Virus record (IMG/VR): IMGVR_UViG_3300020048_000023
Location: 1 to 64,000 of that record
Source: a virus
DNA length: 64,000 nt
Reading direction: 5' to 3' (one strand)
Within the stretch, counting starts at the first letter, position 1. Each line of letters opens with the position of its first letter. This document shows positions 56,649-64,000 of the stretch, one piece after another. Both the position numbers and the translations under genes were made by a program. Below the pieces are notes generated by a model. The model was not told the origin of the DNA, made no database searches, and saw only the letters and a program-made list of their open reading frames with translations.

Positions 56649-57380
56649 TTATTCGTATTGATACCCAGCGAATTTTTTATTTAAACTCAGAACCCGCCAC
56701 CTAATAGTAACCATAGGTATGTTTAATATTGTGGAAGCATAACTGGCTGATCGGTATTTTACACCGTCAATTATTATTGGTTTATTTTGTTCACCAAAGT
56801 ACTTTCCGATGCGTTGAGCGGCTATTTTATCTTTAGCCTCTTTTGTATGTGTTTTTTCGTAGAAGGGGTTTTTTTCCTTATTACGATCTCTACATTCACG
56901 GCAGGTCTTATTTATTGGTGCTATTTCTTTACCACATTTACAATATTTAACTGAGCTTCCGTTTCTCCAATTTGGGTTTAATTCTTGAGGACGCGAAAAT
57001 TTAAACTTTTTTTCTTCAGCGGTCATAGAGTCAAATGTTAATTTAACCGTAGTTCGAATACGTTCAATTATATCAATTTTATCTGGATTTTTACTTAAAT
57101 TATCCCCGCCGCTGGCTTTCAACCCTATATTATATGCTGGGTTCTTATCTAAATAATGCTGTTCAGTTTGCAGTAATAAGTCGAACGTGCATTCTTCAAC
57201 CAATTCAAATGTGAAGTTTTCGTTACCATATTTATCCCAAGCCCGTTGTAGGTGGGAGTTATGGTGTTTATTATTTTGCAATTCATTGCGGTGTCGAATT
57301 AATCTTTTATCAACATCTTTAGACGAGCCGTAATATGCGTCGCCGTTAGCTGTATTAACTATTCTATATACGCCTATCAT
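56649..57380 (-). CDS. GIY-YIG homing endonuclease (NUMOD3)
   Basis: GVYRI.N...YYGSS...R...H; NPFY.K.HT.E. Confidence 0.85.
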   Translation of the reverse strand: MIGVYRIVNTANGDAYYGSSKDVDKRLIRHRNELQNNKHHNSHLQRAWDKYGNENFTFELVEECTFDLLLQTEQHYLDKNPAYNIGLKASGGDNLSKNPDKIDIIERIRTTVKLTFDSMTAEEKKFKFSRPQELNPNWRNGSSVKYCKCGKEIAPINKTCRECRDRNKEKNPFYEKTHTKEAKDKIAAQRIGKYFGEQNKPIIIDGVKYRSASYASTILNIPMVTIRWRVLSLNKKFAGYQYE

Positions 57381-57492
57381 AGGTCTACCTTTTAATATAA
57401 ATATCAACACAAATAGAAAAAATTCAATATCGCATTTGTTTTTCTAATAATTATTGCATATATTTAAGCCATAAATTATTAAACACACAAAA

Positions 57493-58173
57493 ATGAAGCT
57501 TATTAAACCGTCTTATGAAATCATCAGTAAAATAGATACTGATTACCTACTTCAGCTGATTGAAGAAGCTGGGAGAACTTGTTACAAAAGTGAAGATAAA
57601 ATAACACCTACTTCAGCCAAGGATTTTATTAAAATGATACTTGGAAGACACCACGAATCTGTTATTGAACACGGCGGTATGACCGTAAGATTTATAGTAG
57701 ATCGTGGGGTGTCGCACGAATTAGTCCGCCATAGATTAGCATCATTTTCGCAAGAAAGTACACGTTATTGCAATTATTCAAAGGATAAATTTGACAATCA
57801 GATCACATTTATACTACCTAATTGGATAAATGAAGATGATTTGGGTAAAGCCATAAATTGGAAAGACGGCGACCCGTCATATACGCCAGCAATAGAAGCC
57901 GCTGACATATGGCATTCACATATGTCAATTCTGGAAGGTGCGTATAATGACCTTATAAAATTAGGGTGGCAGCCACAACAAGCACGATCGGTGCTTCCAA
58001 ACTCACTTAAAACTGAAATAGTAGTGACGGCTAATTTCAGGGAGTGGCGCACAATATTCAAACAAAGATGTTCGTCTGCGGCACACCCGCAAATGCGCGA
58101 AGTAATGATACCTTTATTATCAGAGGTAAAAGAACTGGTGCCAGTAATATTTGACGATATTACTACGGACTAA
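57493..58173 (+). CDS. thyX: Flavin-dependent thymidylate synthase
   Basis: HESVIEH; HELVRHR.ASFSQESTRY; ARSVLP; AHPQMR. Confidence 0.95.
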   Translation: MKLIKPSYEIISKIDTDYLLQLIEEAGRTCYKSEDKITPTSAKDFIKMILGRHHESVIEHGGMTVRFIVDRGVSHELVRHRLASFSQESTRYCNYSKDKFDNQITFILPNWINEDDLGKAINWKDGDPSYTPAIEAADIWHSHMSILEGAYNDLIKLGWQPQQARSVLPNSLKTEIVVTANFREWRTIFKQRCSSAAHPQMREVMIPLLSEVKELVPVIFDDITTD

Positions 58174-58350
58174 TAAGTATCTAATACCTACTATTTATGA
58201 AATGCCCACACTGCAACTCGGAGTTAACTTATAAGTTAACCCAGTACAAGAACGAGAAAAATAAACTTGTTAAAATTTACCGTTGCGTGAATTGCCAAGG
58301 AAACATTGTTGTTCCGCCAAAAGAACCAATAAAAACTAAAACAAACTAAT

Positions 58351-59172
58351 ATGTCAACATTAAAACCAACATTTAAAGACTGGGTTATACGAACATGGTT
58401 AGAGTTAAAATCAAACGTTAGGTATATTCTGGGTATTAAAAGGAAAGGCGCTCTTGTAGTACCTACCGAGTATAATCAGGTTTTTTCAGACGACTTTACC
58501 ACGCCATATCAAGCTAATTGGGACACTGGGGCTGAATGGGGTATACCGCCTTATCACACGTCTTACCTCAAACAGTGGTACGATAATGCCCAGATAAATC
58601 AAAATACCGATGGTTTTGTTGGCGCGATATTTAATGCTGTAATGAAGCCACAATATTTCCCAGAGATAGATACTACGATTCCAGTTGCCATTGGGGTAAT
58701 GAGGACAAAGGGTTCTTGGAAATACGGTATATTTACATTTCGCGCAAAATTACCTAAAGGAACGTACTTATGGTGCGCATTATGGCTGAGCGGAAGATGG
58801 AACTGGCCGCCCGAAATTGACCTCAACGAGTCATATTCTGATGATACCGTAGACTACCATAAAAATAAGGAACTAAAATCCAATGTGCATATAAGTGATG
58901 GAACTGGCGGGAGTATTTCAGCTGGTGCAAGAACTCATAGGTTACCGAATAAGGTAACACAGGATTATGTTGATTATACTGTATGGTGGGAAGCCGATTT
59001 CATCAAAATATACTACAATGGATACTTAGTTAGACACATAACTGACAGACGTATTCTTGACGGTATGTTTGAAGAACAGCGTATTATTATTGGAACTGGG
59101 GTACAGGAAGGCTTTGACACCGACAACTTAGAACCTATGGCTGTACGTCACGTGAAAGTGTATCAAAAATAA
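58351..59172 (+). CDS. Glycoside hydrolase family 16
   Basis: KYG....AKLP.G..LW.A.W; WPPEIDLNE catalytic motif. Confidence 0.8.
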   Translation: MSTLKPTFKDWVIRTWLELKSNVRYILGIKRKGALVVPTEYNQVFSDDFTTPYQANWDTGAEWGIPPYHTSYLKQWYDNAQINQNTDGFVGAIFNAVMKPQYFPEIDTTIPVAIGVMRTKGSWKYGIFTFRAKLPKGTYLWCALWLSGRWNWPPEIDLNESYSDDTVDYHKNKELKSNVHISDGTGGSISAGARTHRLPNKVTQDYVDYTVWWEADFIKIYYNGYLVRHITDRRILDGMFEEQRIIIGTGVQEGFDTDNLEPMAVRHVKVYQK

Positions 59173-59669
59173 ATTTGGTTAATCCAAAATTAGGTTGTAT
59201 CTTTGCAAAAAATAAGACAATGACTAAAGCTGAATATTTCAAACAGTTTCGCATTGACGTGATCACCAACACTGTGTTCATTTCAAGCAAAAATTTTCAG
59301 TTCGCCTTCACGCCAGCCGACAGCTTGGTAAAGGAAGAATACATCGGCAAATACCGATATATTGGCGGGCTGCAATGCGATCACGACTCAGAATCAGAAG
59401 AGTATAAACGCTTGGAAAGATGGCTGTGTGAATTAGCAGAACAGACATTGTTAACGATCACAATGCTCAAATGATCAAACTACCAGACCCGCATATTGCC
59501 GCGATAAAAGTTGTCGCTGTTATAGAGAGTTGCACTACAATGACTCAATTTGAGGCAGCCCGAGAAATGTATCGACGATACAACATATTATTCAGAGGCT
59601 CTTGGGATTGGATTTATAATGATGAATTTCACGAAGCATTAAACGAAAAATACTTATATCTTAAACAAA

Positions 59670-60890
59670 ATGTTGACGTACAAGGGAAAATATAACGAAG
59701 CCGTAGTGTATACGGATAACATCGAAGAAACCGCTGCATCGCAGTTAATCGAATTGTGTAGCCAAGAATTTATGTCTGGCTCCAAAGTTCGTGTTATGCC
59801 TGACGTGCACGCTGGTAAAGGCTGTGTTGTCGGTACTACATTGACCATCGGTGAAAAGATTGTCCCGAACTTAGTCGGCGTGGATATAGGGTGTGGTATG
59901 CATACAGTTAAGCTGGATGTACGTGCTCACGAAATTGACTTGGCTAAACTGGATAAGAATATCAAGAAGTTCGTACCGTTGGGAACCAGCGTGCGTAACG
60001 TGCCGTTCTTAAAGTACTACAACCAGATCAAGGACGAAATGGAATCTATGGCTTCGGCTGCCAATGTGGACTTAGTGCGAGCTAAGTTGAGTATGGGTAG
60101 CTTGGGTGGTGGTAACCACTTCATTGAGCTGGACGTTGACGACGACGGGTACGTGTACCTTGTTATCCATACTGGTAGCCGTAAGGCTGGTACCCAAGTA
60201 TGTGAATTTCACCAAGATTTGGCTTACAAGCTGTTAAAGCAGCGAGGTAAGGAAAAGAGCCAGCTTGTTGATTCGTTGAACTCACAGGGTCGTCAGAAGG
60301 AAATTCAGGCTGAGTTGAAGAAACTTGCGCCAGTTACGAATATCCCAAAAGCTCTGGCTTACTTGGAAGGTGATCAACTGAAGGCTTACCTGAATGATAT
60401 GGGCGTAATGCAGAAGTATGCCGACTTGAACCGTAAGGCTATCGCTGAAACGATTATAGTTGGTATGCGTTGGAAGGCGGTGGCATCGTTCACTACAATC
60501 CATAACTACATTGACTTGGATACTATGATTCTGCGTAAGGGTGCTATCTCAGCTCAGAGCGGTGAACTGGTACTTATCCCAATGAACAATGAAGACGGAT
60601 CGTTGATTTGTACAGGTAAGGGTAACCCAGATTGGAACTTCTCGGCGCCTCACGGTGCTGGTCGTTTAATGAGCCGTTCAAAGGCTAAGGCTTCCTTATC
60701 CTTAGAATTGTACCAGCAGGGGTTGAAGGATGCTGGCGTATACAGTACGACTGCCAACCAATCAACCTTAGACGAATCGAAGCAGGCTTACAAGCCAATC
60801 GACGAAATCATGGCTAACATTGGCGATACCGTAAATATCGTCAAGCGTATCAAACCTATTTTTAACATCAAGGCTGGGGACGAAGATTAA
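59670..60890 (+). CDS. rtcB: RtcB RNA ligase
   Basis: MPDVHAG; VGVDIGCG; GSLGGGNHFIE; HTGSR; HNY; RKGA; SAPHGAGR. Confidence 0.95.
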   Translation: MLTYKGKYNEAVVYTDNIEETAASQLIELCSQEFMSGSKVRVMPDVHAGKGCVVGTTLTIGEKIVPNLVGVDIGCGMHTVKLDVRAHEIDLAKLDKNIKKFVPLGTSVRNVPFLKYYNQIKDEMESMASAANVDLVRAKLSMGSLGGGNHFIELDVDDDGYVYLVIHTGSRKAGTQVCEFHQDLAYKLLKQRGKEKSQLVDSLNSQGRQKEIQAELKKLAPVTNIPKALAYLEGDQLKAYLNDMGVMQKYADLNRKAIAETIIVGMRWKAVASFTTIHNYIDLDTMILRKGAISAQSGELVLIPMNNEDGSLICTGKGNPDWNFSAPHGAGRLMSRSKAKASLSLELYQQGLKDAGVYSTTANQSTLDESKQAYKPIDEIMANIGDTVNIVKRIKPIFNIKAGDED

Positions 60891-61196
60891 TCCCCAGCTT
60901 TTTCTTTTCTTATGAAGCTAAAACCGCTTAAAGAGCAGCCTATTGTTGGTGAAATTAAAAAGACCAGCGACGAATGGTATAAAGAATTGTACCCGACAGG
61001 TGAGTTTATTATATATGACCCAGATGGGTGGGATCGCCGAAATTACCATTATTCTTATTTCGAAGAGAAGATTACAGTAATGGAATTTACTGGCAGGGTG
61101 ATGCGCTCAACCTGTTTACATAGCCCTCGCACAATAGAATAAATTTGGTTTTCTCATTTTTATTGTTTATCTTTGCTGAACTTTAATAAAACAAGT

Positions 61197-61694
61197 ATGA
61201 CAAACGTAAGACCTCATGGAGTTATGACTACACGAAGTGGCGATTCCATTGACTTAAATAACCCTAATGTCGATCCAGTTAGTATTGATGATGTAGCGCA
61301 CAATTTATCACATATTTGTCGTTGGGGCGGCAAACCAGAAGATTATTTTTCGGTTGCCGAACACTGCGTAATGGCGGCTGAAAGGGCGCCAAAGCATAAA
61401 AGGCTTGGTATATTGATGCACGATTGTGAAGAGTCAATACTTGGTGATAATATTCAACCGCTTAAAGAAGTTATTCCAGAACTGGTTGAATTAGGTGATA
61501 AAATCCGCCGCCTATTACTGATCAAATTTGAAGTGCCGTATGACCCAGAATTAGTTTTGGTTCTGGACAAACAACAGCTTGAGTGGGAGCGGTTTAATAT
61601 TATAAAACACCAAAACCATGTAGGGTTACCGCCTAAAATAGCTAAGGCGTTATTTTTAGGTAAATTTCAAGAGTATAAAGAGTATGTAAAATAA
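61197..61694 (+). CDS. HD-domain phosphohydrolase (5'-deoxynucleotidase-like)
   Basis: AH.LS..CR; SVAEH; LMHD..E...GD. Confidence 0.8.
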   Translation: MTNVRPHGVMTTRSGDSIDLNNPNVDPVSIDDVAHNLSHICRWGGKPEDYFSVAEHCVMAAERAPKHKRLGILMHDCEESILGDNIQPLKEVIPELVELGDKIRRLLLIKFEVPYDPELVLVLDKQQLEWERFNIIKHQNHVGLPPKIAKALFLGKFQEYKEYVK

Positions 61695-61698
61695 AAAT

Positions 61699-63144
61699 AT
61701 GCCAGCAAGTAAATTTAAGAGTAAACCTAAAAAGGGTGGGGTAAATCATTTAAAAGCGGCGTTTAAGACTACGGAAGTATACGAAGATATACTACTGGAA
61801 TTACAACTAAGTCAATACAAAGCTTTCGACGAGATTATCGAATTTTTCGACCCGAAGAATAAGAACAAATTTATGTTACTTAGTGGTAGTGCTGGAACAG
61901 GTAAAACATACCTATCTGGTAAAATTGCTGACTACCTTAAAAAAGCTTATTTTTGTAATATTCTACTATGTGCCCCGACCAACAAAGCAGTTAAGGTACT
62001 TAGAAAAACGCAGCATATCAAGTCTACTTTAGATTTTATGACTATTCATTCGGCTCTCGGGCGACAGGTCTTCATAGACGATGATGGTAAGGAAATTTTT
62101 ACTAATCAAAAGGTTGAATCTATTAAGATAAACAACTATGATTATGTTATAGTGGACGAGGCTTCTATGATTGACGACGAGCTATTTCATATGTTATTAA
62201 CCGAAATAAAAGATTATCAGATTAAGGTATTATTCGTTGGTGATAAAGTTCAAATACCGCCTGTTAACTATCCTGAAAGTATGGTTTTCAAAGAAGAAAC
62301 CAAGGCTGAGTATAATATCAAGGAAGTTGAGCTTACAGCTATCATACGTCAGCACCACGGCAACCCTATTATCAGCTTTGCTAACAAGATCAAGCATGGA
62401 CTGGAAAACCCAAAGATTATTTCTGAGTTAACCTGTATGCCCGAGTTCCAAAATGTGTCACAGATAACCTTTATGCATAAGCAGAAGGAAGCTCTGGTCA
62501 GCGTAATCCGTAAGTATTTCCTTACGGAAGAGTTTGATCAGGATGCTGACTACTGCAAGGTACTGGCGTGGACGAATACACGTGTCAATAAATTCAATAA
62601 GATTATCCGTAAAATGAAGTACGGCAAGGACGCCGAACAGTTGGTTATTGGCGAAAAGCTTATATTTGACCGCCCGTGGTTGGTACACCGTAAAATGATA
62701 TATGGGACAAACGACGAGATTACTGTACGTGGTTTTGTTGATGGTGAGTTGAATGTATTTGATAAAACCTTTGAGTACTATGATACAAAGGTTAGCAGAG
62801 AGGGCTCCGATACAATTGAAAGTTTAAGCGTACCGATACTCAAAGAAAAGTGCTACCCAGACTATTTTGCGGTTAAGAAATACCTTACTGATCAGGCTTA
62901 CCTGTACCCAAAAGGTTCGCAGGAGTTTAAGGGGTGGTTTGCCACTTGGTATACCTTTCGAGATAAATTTGCCGCAATCAAATACAACTATGCTATTACG
63001 GTACACAAGTCGCAGGGCTCTACGTACACCAACGCCATTGTCGCCAATTACGACATAAACAACAACCCGAATTTGATCGAGCGTAACCGAATAAAATACA
63101 CGGCGGTTACCAGACCCAAAGATAAATTATTCATAATCGTTTAA
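61699..63144 (+). CDS. dda: Dda/RecD-like SF1B helicase
   Basis: GSAGTGKT; APTNKA; TIHS; VDEASM; GD..Q.PPV; YAITVHKSQGS; YTAVTR. Confidence 0.85.
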   Translation: MPASKFKSKPKKGGVNHLKAAFKTTEVYEDILLELQLSQYKAFDEIIEFFDPKNKNKFMLLSGSAGTGKTYLSGKIADYLKKAYFCNILLCAPTNKAVKVLRKTQHIKSTLDFMTIHSALGRQVFIDDDGKEIFTNQKVESIKINNYDYVIVDEASMIDDELFHMLLTEIKDYQIKVLFVGDKVQIPPVNYPESMVFKEETKAEYNIKEVELTAIIRQHHGNPIISFANKIKHGLENPKIISELTCMPEFQNVSQITFMHKQKEALVSVIRKYFLTEEFDQDADYCKVLAWTNTRVNKFNKIIRKMKYGKDAEQLVIGEKLIFDRPWLVHRKMIYGTNDEITVRGFVDGELNVFDKTFEYYDTKVSREGSDTIESLSVPILKEKCYPDYFAVKKYLTDQAYLYPKGSQEFKGWFATWYTFRDKFAAIKYNYAITVHKSQGSTYTNAIVANYDINNNPNLIERNRIKYTAVTRPKDKLFIIV

Positions 63145-63161
63145 TCCTAATCTTAACAACA

Positions 63162-63896
63162 ATGCCTAACAAATTCAGAACCCGACTAAAAGAATCCATT
63201 GTGCACCTATTTGGCGGCACTGTAATTCAGGACTACGGCGCAACGCTAAGTAGTAGCGAGTCGCTAAGTGACAACTTCCTGTTCGACTTCAAACAGGGCT
63301 ACAGAACCAGTTGGAATGGCGGCGGTACCATTGCCGTTAACGGTCAATACAGCAGTGGTGAACCATTTACACCGCCTGCAAAGATCATTATCAAACCTAT
63401 TGACGTGATCAATGAGTTGCAGACCGTACCCACCCCGTTCGATGTAAACTATCTGGACGAGAAAATTTCGGTGTTACAAGCTAAATCTGAGCTTATTCGC
63501 CAGACCTACGCAAAGCAGGAAGTTACAGCTCTTATTGAGCGTTTAACCAACCGCAAGCAGTATGCCGAAAACAAAGCGTTTTTCGACAAATTTGAAAACA
63601 CCACTCAGGAAAAGATCGACGAGTTACTGGCTAAATACGCCTTGGAAATGCACCCGTCCGATATTTTTGTACCAGAGTTCCCAGACGATGCTATCAAAAT
63701 AATGAAGGACTACACCAAGAAGGTAAAAGCCATTTCTGGTAAGAGCCCTGTTTATTACGTGATAGCTGAGCCCGCTGATTTCCGTAAGGCTTACGAGAAA
63801 CGCGATCCGATCTTACTTGCTCAAAGTCCGTTCGGTTTCTACTACCAAATTTTGGGTGCGTGGGATAAAGAAATGCTAATCTTATCAGAGCTATAG
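63162..63896 (+). CDS. Conserved phage hypothetical protein
   Basis: DPILLAQSPFG...ILGAWD. Confidence 0.55.
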   Translation: MPNKFRTRLKESIVHLFGGTVIQDYGATLSSSESLSDNFLFDFKQGYRTSWNGGGTIAVNGQYSSGEPFTPPAKIIIKPIDVINELQTVPTPFDVNYLDEKISVLQAKSELIRQTYAKQEVTALIERLTNRKQYAENKAFFDKFENTTQEKIDELLAKYALEMHPSDIFVPEFPDDAIKIMKDYTKKVKAISGKSPVYYVIAEPADFRKAYEKRDPILLAQSPFGFYYQILGAWDKEMLILSEL

Positions 63897-64000
63897 TAAA
63901 ATATTTTATAGTAAATTTGGTTTTCTAAAAACCGTTTACTATATTTAAGGCAAAATAAATAATATAAACTTAAAAATCAATTACAATGAAAAAATTTGAT

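Noticed and set aside
1-64000. Stop-codon reassignment as in some large gut phages
   Set aside because: Long ORFs are intact under the standard code, genes end in TAA, TAG or TGA, and no suppressor tRNA was seen

Overview
This is a 64-kb accessory segment of a large (jumbo-type) phage genome. Genes are dense, mostly on the + strand, and use the standard code. Recurrent Bacteroidota sigma-70 promoters (TTTG-N19/20-TAnnTTTG) point to a Bacteroidota host. The window holds about 33 tRNA genes in three amino-acid-sorted groups and several aberrant tRNA-like RNAs. It also holds a Ro60/TROVE locus with candidate Y-like RNAs, RtcB, and a 2521-aa polyprotein with 2H-phosphoesterase, CCA-adding and HAD domains. 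A type I cas operon (cas6-cas5-cas3-cas8-cas7, no cas1/2/4) is followed by a 20-repeat array with 36+30 nt spacing. Other genes include radical SAM enzymes, homing endonucleases, ThyX and a Dda-like helicase. Main discovery: each tRNA group is preceded by an unannotated short leader ORF, an anti-terminator/terminator pair and a boxA-like element. The leader codons match the downstream tRNAs (Arg/Leu-CUN/Gln; Tyr/Trp/Gly/Pro/Thr/Asp; Ser/Cys/Leu-UUR/Glu/Ala). This suggests ribosome-mediated attenuation that switches on phage tRNA arrays when the matching host tRNAs are depleted or cleaved. All calls were made by eye; no searches or folding programs were run.
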